The position numbers and the translations under genes are program-made. Under the pieces are notes generated by a model, which saw nothing but the letters and a program-made list of their open reading frames with translations, was not told the DNA's origin and made no database searches. Shown one piece after another: positions 10,594 through 21,618 of a stretch of DNA of 64,000 nt; the first letter of the stretch is position 1, and each line of letters starts with the position of its first letter. Origin of the DNA: Verrucomicrobia bacterium Tous-C9LFEB (lineage in GTDB: Bacteria; Acidobacteriota; Terriglobia; Terriglobales; Acidobacteriaceae); NCBI GenBank assembly GCA_964657685.1, contig CAZZWG010000001.1, positions 13,642 through 77,641 of the forward strand, given 5' to 3'.

Positions 10594-11908
10594 GTTCCGG
10601 CTCCAGGACTTCCGCCGTGTGCGGATCGTTGAGGGCGATGAGGGGTCTACGGCCTAATTCCGTCAGGTAAAAGGAGCCCCACAGGAAGATGACGGCGAGG
10701 GGCACGGTGATGTAGGCGAGGATACTGAGGTTATTGGCGAGGTGCAGATTGCCTGCCGCGTTTGCAAAGTTTGGCTCGGTTAACCAGAACATATCCAGCA
10801 GGCGCGCGAGAAGCATGAAGATGGCAAGCCAGAACATGCGGGTCTTCGAACGCTTGAAGTCACGCGAGAGCAGGAGACAGAAAGGGATTACCCAGTGGCA
10901 GATAGCATCCATGGAGCAGATAACCCACCAGCCACCTCGAATACGGTGAAGGTACCAGGGGATTTCGTCTGGGAGATTGCCCGAGTAGATGATCAGGAAC
11001 TCCGCAAAGGTGAAGTAGATGTTGAGCATGGTGAAGGCGAAGGCAAGTTTACCGAGGTCATGCTGCTCAGTGACCCGGAACATGGTCCGCATAGGCTCGT
11101 AGTTGGAGAGCAGGATGAGGGTCAGCATCCCAAGCGCAAGGACGGCATAGCCCTGGGCTACCAAAAATTGCAATCCGTAGATCGAGGAGTACCAGGTGAC
11201 GTCGAGCGACTTGAAAAAGACAATTACAAAATCGGTCATCAAGATGACGTAGAGGAGGACGGAAGGTCCCGAGAGGTTCTCGAAAACGATACGCCAGCGG
11301 TCAAAGCTGCGCACCGAGCCTGCTGCGGGATCCGCTTCACGGCTGACCGACCATCGATTCAGCATGGTAATGACAAAACCCATAAAGCCGAAAAGGAGGA
11401 CGTATTGCACGATGGCGCTGGTGGGGCTGAGCATTGTGTGCTTGAGGTTGATGCAGATCTGTTGCTCTTTGGAGATGAGACCTTGATTCAGGGCATTCAA
11501 GGTCTGCTCGGGGGTATGGTAGGCGGCCCAGAGATACAGGTCCTTCATAAAGAACAGGATTGGGACGAAAAGCAGCGCGACGATCCACCAGGTGCGCGTC
11601 ATGGCTTCCAGGGGACGACGGAGGATTAATCCCCATTTACCACCTGAAAGATACTGCACCATAAGGAAGGCAAAGGCACCGCCGACGAAGTTGAATGCCG
11701 TCATTGAGCCCATGAGGTAGGAACGGAGGAGATGCGCGCGACCGTCCGGCGTGAAGGCGAAGGATAGCGACAGGAGAGAGAAGACCGCCGCAACGAAGAG
11801 CGCGCGGGTACGCCAGACTCCGACAAAGGCCGGGACCGCGAGCACGGCAGGCAGAGCCTTGGTCCCAGAGTAATGATGTTCGTCGTGGTGTGTGTGTTCT
11901 GTTGCCAT
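10583..11908 (-). CDS. actF: Alternative complex III subunit ActF (NrfD-like membrane subunit)
   Basis: About 10 TMs; LSGGKWG...RRPLEA, WYSSIYG, HDLGKL and IYSGNLPDE motifs; operon context. Confidence 0.85.
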   Translation of the reverse strand: MATEHTHHDEHHYSGTKALPAVLAVPAFVGVWRTRALFVAAVFSLLSLSFAFTPDGRAHLLRSYLMGSMTAFNFVGGAFAFLMVQYLSGGKWGLILRRPLEAMTRTWWIVALLFVPILFFMKDLYLWAAYHTPEQTLNALNQGLISKEQQICINLKHTMLSPTSAIVQYVLLFGFMGFVITMLNRWSVSREADPAAGSVRSFDRWRIVFENLSGPSVLLYVILMTDFVIVFFKSLDVTWYSSIYGLQFLVAQGYAVLALGMLTLILLSNYEPMRTMFRVTEQHDLGKLAFAFTMLNIYFTFAEFLIIYSGNLPDEIPWYLHRIRGGWWVICSMDAICHWVIPFCLLLSRDFKRSKTRMFWLAIFMLLARLLDMFWLTEPNFANAAGNLHLANNLSILAYITVPLAVIFLWGSFYLTELGRRPLIALNDPHTAEVLEPEHAH

Positions 11909-11941
11909 CGTAACGGTGCCTTTACGTCGATCTTGCAATGC

Positions 11942-12811
11942 TTAGTGAGGTTGGGATTGCTGTTGCGAGGCCCAGGAGCTATCCGGCATGCGATAGACAA
12001 GCGCGGGGGAGCCTGAGTCGCGAGTTCCGGAGCCTTCGGTAGCCGCGCCCGATCCGTGGGCGGTGGCGCCCACTGGGGGAGTGTTGATACTCTGCCCCGG
12101 TATACCGTTGTCCTGATTCCCCGGCGTGCCATAGACCGCGGTGGCGGGGAGCGCCCATGGATCAGCGAAGCCGGGCGGCATGCCTTGCTGGTTGGCGATC
12201 TCGTGGAGGTCCTGTGGGTGCTGCCCGGTGGGAACATCGGCGGGCTTAGCTGCCTGGCTTAGCTGCAGCGCGCGAACGTAGGCAACAATCGCCCAACGAT
12301 CCTCTGCCGTAATCTGCGATCCGTATTCTGGCATCGCCCCGTAGCCGTTGGCTATGACGGAATAGAAGTGACCCAAGGGTGCATTGCGCAGCCGATCTGT
12401 ATGGAAGTTCCCAGCAGGACGGTAGCCGCGCTGCACGATCATCCCAGCGCCATTCCCGACGCGAGAGTGACATGGTGTGCAGAACACGTTGTATTTTTCC
12501 TGTCCCCGCTGAAGCAGGGCCATATTGACGGGCAGCGGCATGCCATCGCCTTCCTTGTTTCCGTCCAGGCCTGTATAGAAGTAGAGGTTCTCGTGAAGTT
12601 GATTTCGCGCCACGGTATCAGCCACCTGGGGTCGCGCGGAACGGCCGTCCGCGTAGAAGGAGGTGCTCCGCTGGGGATAAAACTTGGGTTGATTGTGCAT
12701 GTCCTGCCGGCAACCCGTGGCCAGAAGGCAGCCACTTGCCATCGTGGCAAGCGCAGAGGCGCGCTGAAGCCGAGAGAGAGACGTATGAGCCCCAGAAAAA
12801 GCGAATCGCAT
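11942..12811 (-). CDS. actE: Alternative complex III subunit ActE (monoheme cytochrome c lipoprotein)
   Basis: Lipobox-like LATGC followed by RQDMHNQPK; CTPCH heme motif; DRWAIVAYVRALQ. Confidence 0.88.
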   Translation of the reverse strand: MRFAFSGAHTSLSRLQRASALATMASGCLLATGCRQDMHNQPKFYPQRSTSFYADGRSARPQVADTVARNQLHENLYFYTGLDGNKEGDGMPLPVNMALLQRGQEKYNVFCTPCHSRVGNGAGMIVQRGYRPAGNFHTDRLRNAPLGHFYSVIANGYGAMPEYGSQITAEDRWAIVAYVRALQLSQAAKPADVPTGQHPQDLHEIANQQGMPPGFADPWALPATAVYGTPGNQDNGIPGQSINTPPVGATAHGSGAATEGSGTRDSGSPALVYRMPDSSWASQQQSQPH

Positions 12812-13353
12812 TAGTTATCCACCTCCACAACCGAGACTGGCGAAAACCGTTCCAAGAACGCGCGGGTTTCGGTCAAGGAGAATTGCGGGTCGTGGGCTTC
12901 CAAGCAAAGAAAGAACTTGTCCGTGGTTGCGCCATTGCGGAAGTTTGCAGCATTGAAAAGGGGGTGATAGAGCTGTGGAAGACCGTTCTGAGCGATCATG
13001 CCGAACGCTGCAGAAAGTCCGGCGAAAAGAATGGTCCACTCGTAGGCGGGGATCACAAAGGCCGGCCATGAGTAAAGGGGCATGGCACGAATGTTGAGAG
13101 GATAACCCCAGACGTTCACCCAGGTTTCCATCAGCCAACCCGTCGTAAGACCCATAATTCCGCCAAGGAGGCACATGAGCGGAACACGCGTCTTATGAAA
13201 GTGCAGGGCTTCCGCAGCTTCTTCTACGGGGTAGGGCGTATAGCATTCCATGCGCCGGTAGCCGGCGGTGCGAGCACTCTCGGTAGCAAGCACAAGTTCA
13301 CTGGGCGTGTTGAACTCGGCAATCAAGCCGTAAACTCCTTCGATGGGCGGCAT
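12811..13353 (-). CDS. actD: Alternative complex III subunit ActD (DUF3341)
   Basis: YGLIAEF, YTPYPV and SWPAFVIPAYEWTIL motifs, two TMs; operon context. Confidence 0.88.
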   Translation of the reverse strand: MPPIEGVYGLIAEFNTPSELVLATESARTAGYRRMECYTPYPVEEAAEALHFHKTRVPLMCLLGGIMGLTTGWLMETWVNVWGYPLNIRAMPLYSWPAFVIPAYEWTILFAGLSAAFGMIAQNGLPQLYHPLFNAANFRNGATTDKFFLCLEAHDPQFSLTETRAFLERFSPVSVVEVDN

Positions 13354-14804
13354 CAGAGGGCCTCCTGCGCGACCACTTCAGCGTCCACGTCGTCGCGACG
13401 GACTTTGGTTTGAGGAAGCATCATGCGGATTTCGGACATGGGAATCATCGGCGCCAAGCGAGCGAAGAGCAGGAAGAGGCAGGTAAATAAGCCCCAGGTT
13501 CCGATGAACAACATATAGTCCCACTTTGTGGCGCGGTACGTTCCCCAGCTGGAGGGGAGGTAATCGCGGTAGAGCGAGGTGACGACGATCACGAAGCGCT
13601 CGAACCACATACCAATGTTGACAACAAAGCTCAGGAAGAACAGGTAGCCGGGGCTGACGCGCAGGCGACGGGACCAGAGAGTGGTGAGTGGGATTGCGAT
13701 GTTGGTAAGGATGAGCATCCAGTAGGCCCAGCCCATAGGACCAAACATACGGTTCCACATCATGAAGAACTCCCAGTGAGAGCAGGAGTACCAACTCATG
13801 AAGACTTCCATGCCGTAGCCATAGGCGACGATGGAGCCCGTGGTGAGCATAACCTTTGCCATGTTGTCGAGATGTCGAAGGGTCACCAGATCTTCAAGGT
13901 GGTACCACTTCCGGATCGGGATGGCGAGGGTTAGAACCATGGCGAAACCGGAGTAGACAGCGCCGGCGACGAAATAGGGAGGGAAAATGGTGGTGTGCCA
14001 GCCGGCCATGGCCGCGACTGCAAAGTCGAAGGAGATGGTCGTGTGCACCGAGAGCACGAGCGGGGTCGAGAGGCCAGCGAGCAGGAGCGAAGCTGACTCA
14101 TAGCGGATCCAGTGACGCGTGGAACCACGCCAACCCAGCGAGAGCAGACCGTAGCAGTACTTGGCGAAGGGGAGCTTGGCGCGGTCGCGCAGGGTGCCGA
14201 AGTCCGGAATCATGCCGATGTACCAGAAAACGACTGAAATCGTGGCGTAGGTAGACACGGCGAAGACGTCCCAGGCCAGCGGACTGCGGAACTGCGGCCA
14301 GACGTTCATGGTGTTGGGGTAGGGCAGGAGCCAGTATCCGAGCCATGGACGGCCGATGTGAATCAGCGGGAACATTCCGGCGCAGACCACGGCGAAGATC
14401 GTCATGGCTTCGGCGAAGCGGTTGATCGAGTTACGCCAGGTTTGCTTGAACAGCAACAAGATGGCCGAGATCAGGGTTCCGGCATGGCCGATACCGATCC
14501 ACCAGACGAAGTTGATGATGGCAAAGCCCCAGGCGCCAGGAATGGTGACGCCCCAGATGCCGACACCTTTGAGCACCAGCCACGTGAGGGCTACCACGAC
14601 CAGCGAAGCGATGGTGGCGGCAACGAAGAATCCGCCGAACCATGCCCAGGGGGTATTGGGCGTAAGGACGATGCCGGCGATCTTCTGCGTGACGCTTTTG
14701 AAGTTATGGCCTGGCGCAATGACTGCGTACTCACCCGTACGCGGATCGATCATTGGGTCGACGATAATCTCGGTCGGGTTCTGGATAGGTCCCTGGGTCG
14801 CCAT
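13353..14804 (-). CDS. actC: Alternative complex III subunit ActC (NrfD/PsrC quinol-binding subunit)
   Basis: NFVWWIGIGHAGTLISA, RFAEAMT, HIGRPW, SPLAWD and GMWFERF motifs. Confidence 0.93.
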   Translation of the reverse strand: MATQGPIQNPTEIIVDPMIDPRTGEYAVIAPGHNFKSVTQKIAGIVLTPNTPWAWFGGFFVAATIASLVVVALTWLVLKGVGIWGVTIPGAWGFAIINFVWWIGIGHAGTLISAILLLFKQTWRNSINRFAEAMTIFAVVCAGMFPLIHIGRPWLGYWLLPYPNTMNVWPQFRSPLAWDVFAVSTYATISVVFWYIGMIPDFGTLRDRAKLPFAKYCYGLLSLGWRGSTRHWIRYESASLLLAGLSTPLVLSVHTTISFDFAVAAMAGWHTTIFPPYFVAGAVYSGFAMVLTLAIPIRKWYHLEDLVTLRHLDNMAKVMLTTGSIVAYGYGMEVFMSWYSCSHWEFFMMWNRMFGPMGWAYWMLILTNIAIPLTTLWSRRLRVSPGYLFFLSFVVNIGMWFERFVIVVTSLYRDYLPSSWGTYRATKWDYMLFIGTWGLFTCLFLLFARLAPMIPMSEIRMMLPQTKVRRDDVDAEVVAQEAL

Positions 14805-17800
14805 TTAAACAAGCTCCGGGTTCGGGTTAATGACGCCGGCCGTGTAGGTCGTGCGCGGGTGGTAGTTCAGGTCGGCGAGCACCTGGTAGTTGCGCTCTTC
14901 AGCTTTACGCTTCGCTACGCGACTGGTGGGGTCATTCTGATTGCCAAAGATAATGGCCTCGGTCGGGCAGGTTTGCTGACAGGCTGTCAGGATGTCTCCG
15001 TCGCGAATGGCACGGTTTTCCTTGTCTGCCGTGAACTTGGCTTCCTCGATCCGCTGCACACAGTACGTGCACTTTTCCATGACGCCGCGGGAACGGACGG
15101 TGACGTCAGGGTTGCGCATGAACTTGAGGCTTTCCGTGTCGTAGTCCGAGTAGAGCAGGAAGTTGAATCGACGCACCTTGTAGACACAGTTGTTGGAGCA
15201 GTAGCGGGTACCTACACAGCGGTTGTAGACCATGGTGTTCAGGCCTTCGGGGGTGTGGACGGTAGCGCCGACCGGGCAAACCTGCTCGCAACCGGCGGAC
15301 TCACAATGCTGGCACATCATGGGCTGAAAGTGCGCGGTAGGGGCGTGCAGATCGCCTTCGAAGTAGCTGTCGATGCGAATCCACTGCATATTGCGACCAA
15401 CCTTGACCTGCTCCCGTCCGACAACGGCGATATTGTTTTCCGCATAGCAGGCCACCACGCAGGCGTTGCAGCCGATACAGGAGTTCATATCGACCGACAT
15501 GCCCCAGGCGTTCTGAAGCTGCTTAGAGGACTGGTCCTGATGATCGTAACGCCAAGCGCCAGCAAACAGACTTTCATCGGCCTTGGGCGTCTCGCCCTGA
15601 GGGTTGTAGCCAACCTTATCAACGAGCGTACCGCTGGCACCCTCTTCGGCGAACTTCGGATTCTTAGTGGCTTCCTCCACTGTGGCGTACCGAATGATGG
15701 AGCGCTCAAGCGCCTCATGCCCGGCCAGCGAGTAGGTACCTGCCTTGTCGGATTCGGGATGCTGGAGATCCCTCTGCGCAAAGGCTCCGCGGTGTTCTAC
15801 GTTGTGGACTTTGGTGACGCAGATGTCATAGGTGCCGTGGCCTTTTTGCAGGGTGGCACCACCGGCTGCATTCTGGCTGGCGAAGGCCCGCAGTTGATAG
15901 GCGTTAAAGCCCACGCCAGCACCGACACGACCGACTTCCGCACGTCTCCCAAAGCCGAGATGCACGGTTACGGCACCATCTGGATGGCCGGGAACCATTA
16001 GGACGGGGACGATCAGTTTCTGGCCGTTCACGGTGAGTTCGGCGGCTTCATTTTCCTCGATGCCAAGTTTCGCCATGGTGTTAAGGCTAAGCAGCGCGGC
16101 ATTATCCCAGGAGAGGTTGGTGATCTGCTTGGGAAGTTCCTGCAGCCAGCCGTTATTGCCGTAGCGCCCATCGTAAATCGACGGATCGGCAAGGAATCGA
16201 ACCTCGAGTTGATCCCCGGCAGAGGGAGAGAGGGGGGTGCCGGCCACTGGACGAACGGTTGGCACGCTGGCACTCGGCGTATAGGCTGTGCCTTCGACCC
16301 ATCCATCATGCAGTGCCTTGCGCCAACCCTCAGCGAAGTCACCCTTTATGTAATTTTTAGCAGTGGCGGATACGACGTCATACGCACCCAGAGAAGGGTC
16401 GAGAAGCGCCTGCAGGATGTCGTGTGTAGTGACACTGTTGTAGAGTGGCGCGATCATGGGCTGCACGATCGAGATGGTGCCATCCGCGGTGCGGCAATCG
16501 GTCCAGCTCTCGAGATAGTGCGACTTCGGAATGTGCCAAGTAGAGAAGAAACCAGTTTCGTCGACGTGTGTACCGTGATGCACGGTATTCGGAACCTTGT
16601 TAAAGGCTTCAGCGAACTGAAGATCCACCGGGGCGTTGTATAGCGGGTTGGAACCCAGCATTACCAGCCACTGGACCTTGCCCGCGTTGATGTCGGCGAC
16701 CAAGGAGCGAATATCCTCCCCGGGCTGAGCAGGTACGGCCTGCAGGGAGGGCACGGTGAAAACGGTCTTCCCGTTGGCTCCCAGGGACGCGTTGAGTTGG
16801 GCTGCAGCGGCCTGACATGCAGGCGAACTCTGCGGGCCTACCACGACAACGCAACGGCCGGCGGACTTCTTCAAATCGGCCTGCACGGCCTGCAGGAACT
16901 TCTGTGCGTCCGGATGGGAGACCGCGGCAGGACTTCCGCCGGTAAGTGCGGCCGCAAACGCATCGACGTCGCTGGGCTTGAGGCGAAGCGCATGGTCAGC
17001 CTTGTAGCCGGTGACCGACGGCATCGTCTCGACGACGTACATGCGATTCATCATCTTGCCGGGGTGGAAGCGGTGGCGTTCGGCGTAAGCCGCAGAGAGG
17101 GGCAGGAAACCCGGGAAGGCGATACCGCCGAGAAAATCGGCATCGAGCGAGAGGATGACATCAGCTTCCTCCAGCTTGTACTGCGTCCCTGTGGTATCAC
17201 TTCCCGCACCTACAGGTTCGTACTGAACCAGCTTCGCTTGCGGGTACTTCGCCTGAAGCTGGTTCCACTGGGAAGCGAAGCTGGGCGAGGTGGTGACTTC
17301 ACTCAGGAAGTAGAGGCCCTGACCGCCGGGCAGCTGATTGACCGCAGCGGAAAACTGCTGCTGAAAGTAGGGCCATTCCGCATTTTGACCACGGAAACGG
17401 ACATGCTGGGAACGGTCTGGGTCGTACAGGTCGAGCAACGACGCCTGGCTAAAAGCGTCGGCCTTTCCCTTCCCTGCTGGATGTTCGGGATTGCCTTCAA
17501 TCTTCACAGGGTGAAAGGCATCCGATTTCACGAGCACGGGGATGGCACCCGTGGGGAACGGGTGGGCGGTGGCGAAAAACATCGGGGTACCGAGGACGAG
17601 ATCCTCGGGCTGCTTGATGTAAGGGTAGATTTTTTCGTCCGGCTGCTTAGTACACCCGGCTAGACCAGCAAGGGCAAAGCTCGCACCCATGACTTTCATG
17701 AAGCCGCGCCGCGAAACGGAGTTGACCCACTCGCCCCCGGATGCCTGACGAGGAAACTCTTCCTGCATGAGTTCCTGGAAGGCGGCGGTATCTGCCAGTT

Positions 17801-18020
17801 CGTCCAGATTCTTCCAGAAACGCTTGCCGGTCTTGCCGTCCAGCTTAGAACGAACCTCAGCCAAGGTCATTTTGCCTGAGGGCGTAATGCGGGTGACCAG
17901 TTGAGCGGGCTGAGGAGCCGGCGCAAGCTGCGCTTCCTTACTTTCGATCGATGTATTTACTTGTTCCATCGCCTGCCTGACTGTTGTGCGCTCGGAGTCA
18001 ATCGTGGTTACCGGTGGCAT
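14805..18020 (-). CDS. actB: Alternative complex III subunit ActB (molybdopterin-oxidoreductase-like domain fused to an Fe-S domain)
   Basis: FWKNLDEL, Tat motif SRRGFMK followed by LAGC lipobox, KIEGNPEHP; C-terminal [31 protein letters not shown] and KCTYC. The true start may be slightly downstream. Confidence 0.93.
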   Translation of the reverse strand: MPPVTTIDSERTTVRQAMEQVNTSIESKEAQLAPAPQPAQLVTRITPSGKMTLAEVRSKLDGKTGKRFWKNLDELADTAAFQELMQEEFPRQASGGEWVNSVSRRGFMKVMGASFALAGLAGCTKQPDEKIYPYIKQPEDLVLGTPMFFATAHPFPTGAIPVLVKSDAFHPVKIEGNPEHPAGKGKADAFSQASLLDLYDPDRSQHVRFRGQNAEWPYFQQQFSAAVNQLPGGQGLYFLSEVTTSPSFASQWNQLQAKYPQAKLVQYEPVGAGSDTTGTQYKLEEADVILSLDADFLGGIAFPGFLPLSAAYAERHRFHPGKMMNRMYVVETMPSVTGYKADHALRLKPSDVDAFAAALTGGSPAAVSHPDAQKFLQAVQADLKKSAGRCVVVVGPQSSPACQAAAAQLNASLGANGKTVFTVPSLQAVPAQPGEDIRSLVADINAGKVQWLVMLGSNPLYNAPVDLQFAEAFNKVPNTVHHGTHVDETGFFSTWHIPKSHYLESWTDCRTADGTISIVQPMIAPLYNSVTTHDILQALLDPSLGAYDVVSATAKNYIKGDFAEGWRKALHDGWVEGTAYTPSASVPTVRPVAGTPLSPSAGDQLEVRFLADPSIYDGRYGNNGWLQELPKQITNLSWDNAALLSLNTMAKLGIEENEAAELTVNGQKLIVPVLMVPGHPDGAVTVHLGFGRRAEVGRVGAGVGFNAYQLRAFASQNAAGGATLQKGHGTYDICVTKVHNVEHRGAFAQRDLQHPESDKAGTYSLAGHEALERSIIRYATVEEATKNPKFAEEGASGTLVDKVGYNPQGETPKADESLFAGAWRYDHQDQSSKQLQNAWGMSVDMNSCIGCNACVVACYAENNIAVVGREQVKVGRNMQWIRIDSYFEGDLHAPTAHFQPMMCQHCESAGCEQVCPVGATVHTPEGLNTMVYNRCVGTRYCSNNCVYKVRRFNFLLYSDYDTESLKFMRNPDVTVRSRGVMEKCTYCVQRIEEAKFTADKENRAIRDGDILTACQQTCPTEAIIFGNQNDPTSRVAKRKAEERNYQVLADLNYHPRTTYTAGVINPNPELV

Positions 18021-18994
18021 GTTTCGCAGCTCGAGAGCTCGTTGGCCGAACGGATGTGGTACATCTGCACCAGGTACGTACCCAGCGCTTCCTGCGTGGT
18101 GAACTTGGTGTAATTGGTGGGCATGCGAATCACCGGGGTATCGGAGTACGTATCGCCGGAGCCTGCTCCGCGTGGGCTGCCCATGGTTCCGGACTGCGCC
18201 CTGGTCATCCCTTCGGGGCCGCCAGACCCAGCGCTGCGCATGTTTCCTATGCCTGGCTGCTCCTGCGAGCCGTTCAGACCGCCTTGCGTGGCGGGATTGG
18301 AAGTGGGCATCTGGAGCATGGCGACCTCTGGATTATGACCTCCGGGATCCTTGGTGGTGCAGGAAATGCCCTGCGCCGTAGGTCCGGGGATACCAGTCGT
18401 TGCGCACCAGACTGGATGATCGGAGGATGCGCCAGCCCAAGCCATGTTGTAGATTTCGCTGGTTGGCCGAAGATTCTTCACCGGATTGCGGTGGCAGTTC
18501 AGGCACCACTCCATCTGGAGAGAGTTTTGCATGTACATCAACGGCATCTGATCAACGCGACCGTGACAACTGGAGCAACCGAGCCCCTTGTTCACGTGGA
18601 CCGAGTGGTTGAAGTAGACATAATCGGGAAGGTCGTGGACACGAATCCAAGGAATGGATTGACCACTGGCCCAGCTTGCGCGGACGGGCTCTAGCAACTG
18701 CGCGTTGGTCCAAATTTGCGAGTGGCAGTTGATGCACGTTTTGGTGGGAGGAATGCCGGCATAGAAGCTTTTCTCGACCGAGGTGTGGCAATACTGGCAC
18801 TGGATCCCGAGGCCCATTACATGATGTTTGTGGCTGAACGGGACGGGCTGATCGGGCCGCTGACCCTGCCGGGTCACCCACGGCGAACGCTGTAGTTCAT
18901 TGAGGGTGACACCCAAGACAATGATGATCAAACCCGTCAGCGCGAGGCTCGCGCGAATCAGCGCGTTCGAACTGCGGTCAAATACCTGCGCCAT
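18008..18994 (-). CDS. actA: Alternative complex III subunit ActA (pentaheme cytochrome c)
   Basis: MAQVF N-terminus, one TM, QPVPFSHKHH and five CxxCH motifs (CQYCH, CINCH, CSSCH, CLNCH, CETCH). Confidence 0.92.
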   Translation of the reverse strand: MAQVFDRSSNALIRASLALTGLIIIVLGVTLNELQRSPWVTRQGQRPDQPVPFSHKHHVMGLGIQCQYCHTSVEKSFYAGIPPTKTCINCHSQIWTNAQLLEPVRASWASGQSIPWIRVHDLPDYVYFNHSVHVNKGLGCSSCHGRVDQMPLMYMQNSLQMEWCLNCHRNPVKNLRPTSEIYNMAWAGASSDHPVWCATTGIPGPTAQGISCTTKDPGGHNPEVAMLQMPTSNPATQGGLNGSQEQPGIGNMRSAGSGGPEGMTRAQSGTMGSPRGAGSGDTYSDTPVIRMPTNYTKFTTQEALGTYLVQMYHIRSANELSSCETCHR

Positions 18995-19144
18995 ATGCCT
19001 GTATTCCTGCGTACGCTGCCAAAGAAGGCCCCTGCAGCGAAGGGTTAAGTTCTGTCAGTCTCCCAGGCCTACGAGCCGGGTCTTGCCGCCTCGAAACCGG
19101 TCGCGCGGAGACAATCTTTCGCGTCTTGCGCTCTGGAGAATTTG

Positions 19145-19153
19145 AGTATAGCA
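19145..19153 (-). promoter_or_regulatory. Putative extended -10 promoter for the act-cox operon
   Basis: Minus strand reads TG-C-TATACT about 150 nt upstream of actA. Confidence 0.45.
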
Positions 19154-19437
19154 GCGCCATATGTCCCTATCGGACCACGGTAACCGCTGTTCGCGCAATC
19201 GCCGCAGGCTTCAAAAACGATTATCGATAGTAATTGAGGAGGTTTCGTTTGCCGGGAGATAAACAAGCCTAGTTCTTGCCATCGCGCAGTATCGTGAAGG
19301 GTAATGGCGTCCACATGAGTCCGACATCGGCGTACGAAAGTTGCAGGTCCTGGGCAATTCATTCACAGTCGAACCGAGGAGACAGGCCAAGGCCGGCTTT
19401 CGAGCTTAGCTTAACCGTCATGCAAGACTGAAGTGTC

Positions 19438-20151
19438 ATGACTGCCATTGCTCGTCGCACGCATGCCGTTCCGTATGATGTTGGCCTTGCCTTGCGGGCA
19501 TTGGGCGCTGCGGACCGGAAGCTTGGGCTACTAATCGATCGTGCGGGGCCCTTCACGTTGCGACTACCGGCGCAGCAGTCCCCGTTCGAGGCACTGCTCC
19601 GGGCGATTTTGTATCAGCAATTGCATGGGAAAGCGGCGGCGGCGATCCACGCCAAACTGCTGACGAGCTTCGAGCCTGTGTCGGGGTTGGGCAAGCATCC
19701 TTCTGCGGAGCATGTCTTGGGATGTCCGAACGAGCAGCTTCGAGCGGCGGGACTGTCGCACAACAAGGCGCTGGCGATACGGGATCTTGCGGCCAAGACG
19801 GTGGACGGCACGGTTCCGTCGCTGGGGCGGATCAGGCGCATGTCAGATGATGCGATTATCGAGCAGCTTACCCAGGTGCGTGGCGTGGGGCGATGGACGG
19901 TGGAGATGTTTCTGATGTTTCGCCTAGGCCGCCCGGATGTTCTTCCGGTTTCCGACTATGGGGTACGGAAAGGATTCGCACTGACGTTTCAGGGTTTGAA
20001 GCCGGAGCAGAAGGTAACGCTGGATTTATTGCCAAAGCCGGAGGTCATGGAGAAGAGGGCACGCCGGTGGGGACCGTGGCGATCGGTGGCGAGTTGGTAT
20101 CTGTGGCGGGCGTGTGATCTGGCGGCAGGAAAACCGATCCAACCGCAGTAA
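19438..20151 (+). CDS. alkA: AlkA-family DNA-3-methyladenine glycosylase (HhH-GPD)
   Basis: FEALLRAILYQQL, HhH motif VRGVGRWTVEM, LPVSDYGVR and WGPWRSVASWYLW. Confidence 0.88.
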   Translation: MTAIARRTHAVPYDVGLALRALGAADRKLGLLIDRAGPFTLRLPAQQSPFEALLRAILYQQLHGKAAAAIHAKLLTSFEPVSGLGKHPSAEHVLGCPNEQLRAAGLSHNKALAIRDLAAKTVDGTVPSLGRIRRMSDDAIIEQLTQVRGVGRWTVEMFLMFRLGRPDVLPVSDYGVRKGFALTFQGLKPEQKVTLDLLPKPEVMEKRARRWGPWRSVASWYLWRACDLAAGKPIQPQ

Positions 20152-20172
20152 GTGTTCGGTCGACGATGAACA

Positions 20173-20203
20173 AGGCTCCAGAACCTGGTCCCGGAGCCTG
20201 TTT
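20173..20203. terminator. Hairpin between convergent alkA and dps
   Basis: AGGCTCC...GGAGCCT inverted repeat followed by GTTT. Confidence 0.4.
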
Positions 20204-20212
20204 CGGAGAGCG

Positions 20213-20761
20213 TTACTGTATGTCGCCGGCTTCGAGGTGAGACTCCAGGAAGTAGAGTTCCTCCTCGGCGTCGACTACGAGTTGCTTAAAGAAGTCCGCC
20301 GTGGGTTCATCTTTGAGTTCATCGATGGCGTCGGAGGCTTCCCGCAGTTCTTTGCAGTAGGTTCCGACGGCATTGGCAAGCGCCTCGACGTGCTCGGGAC
20401 CGCTAAGCGCCTCGACGTTGTAGGGGGCCACCGGTGAGGCATCCGCGGCCATGCGCACGGTGCCGTTGGCTGTGCCGCCCAGCTGGGTGATCCGCTCGGC
20501 GATTGCATCGATGTGCTTGAAGATGACCTTCGCAGTCGCGTCGAACACGAGGTGAAGCTGATAAAAGTTAACGCCCTTTACGTTCCAGTGCGCGTATTTT
20601 GCCTGGGTATAGGTGTCGAGCGCTGCGGCCAGCTTTACGTTCATGATGGTGACGACGTTTTCTTTGACATCGTCCGGCAGCGCCACGCGATTCTTGTACA
20701 TACGTTTAACGGTTTTTGGGGACATAGGGTTCTTCGATTCTTTGCTTTTCGCCATTTCCAT
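20213..20761 (-). CDS. dps: DNA starvation/stationary phase protection protein Dps
   Basis: AHWNVKG, FYQLHLVFD, DAIAERITQLGG and LESH motifs; Lys-rich N-terminus. Confidence 0.93.
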   Translation of the reverse strand: MEMAKSKESKNPMSPKTVKRMYKNRVALPDDVKENVVTIMNVKLAAALDTYTQAKYAHWNVKGVNFYQLHLVFDATAKVIFKHIDAIAERITQLGGTANGTVRMAADASPVAPYNVEALSGPEHVEALANAVGTYCKELREASDAIDELKDEPTADFFKQLVVDAEEELYFLESHLEAGDIQ

Positions 20762-20923
20762 CCTCTTCGTTGGAGTGCCGCATCAGGCACGATTCGTTGG
20801 GCCTTTACCGGGTTGGATGCAGACACCTACCCACACGCTCAAGGCTGGTTTTGCGATTCGCTCCGGGAGGGAGGGTTCCCGACCTATGAACAGGCCACGA
20901 TAGACTGATTCTGGGATGAAAGC

Positions 20924-21565
20924 GTGACCTGGACAAGCGCATTTGGGAAGGGCAGTGGCTGGTTGTTGCAAAAGATCGTGAACGGTCTTGCGCTCTCGCG
21001 TATCTCTCCCAACACACTCACGTTCATCGGTTTATTGATCAACGTGGTTGCTGCTTTTTTCTTTGGGTATGCGCGGGCTGAGAACTACGTTCGGATGTTT
21101 CTTTATGCGGGTTTGGTGATTATTGGAGCTGGGCTGTTCGACATGGTGGACGGCCGCGTTGCGCGGCAGACCAACCAGGTTTCTGTGTTTGGCGCGTTTT
21201 TCGATTCCGTGCTGGACAGGTATTCCGACGTGGCGCTGTTTTTCGGTCTTCTGGTTTTCTATGCCCGGGGTAATCGCTATTTTTATGTCTGCCTGGTTGC
21301 TTTCGTAATGACTACGAGCCTGATGGTGAGCTATACGCGGGCCCGGGCTGAGGCCTTGATCGGCTCCTGCAAGGTCGGGTTCATGGAGCGACCGGAGCGG
21401 ATCGTTTTGATCATCCTGGGCGCGCTGTTCCAGCGCTGGGACGCGATGCCCGCGGCGCTCTGGGTGCTGGCGGTTCTTTCTACGGTAACTGTGATCCACC
21501 GGATCCGCTTTACGTACAACGAGACAGAACGCCGCAAGTTGCTTGCGGCTTCTATCGCAGCCTAG
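20924..21565 (+). CDS. CDP-alcohol phosphatidyltransferase family protein
   Basis: Signature DMVDGRVAR...GAFFDSVLDRYSD; SYTRARAE and GFMERPER motifs. Confidence 0.92.
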   Translation: MTWTSAFGKGSGWLLQKIVNGLALSRISPNTLTFIGLLINVVAAFFFGYARAENYVRMFLYAGLVIIGAGLFDMVDGRVARQTNQVSVFGAFFDSVLDRYSDVALFFGLLVFYARGNRYFYVCLVAFVMTTSLMVSYTRARAEALIGSCKVGFMERPERIVLIILGALFQRWDAMPAALWVLAVLSTVTVIHRIRFTYNETERRKLLAASIAA

Positions 21566-21618
21566 CCCAAAGGGTTTAGGGGCGTCTGACGAACCAGGGC
21601 GATAACAGGCCGGCACGG

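Noticed and set aside
14358-17663. Long plus-strand ORFs (547 aa, 288 aa) and similar ones opposite the cox, dnaG and sucB genes
   Set aside because: Antisense shadows of well-supported genes in GC-rich DNA; no motifs or ribosome-binding sites.
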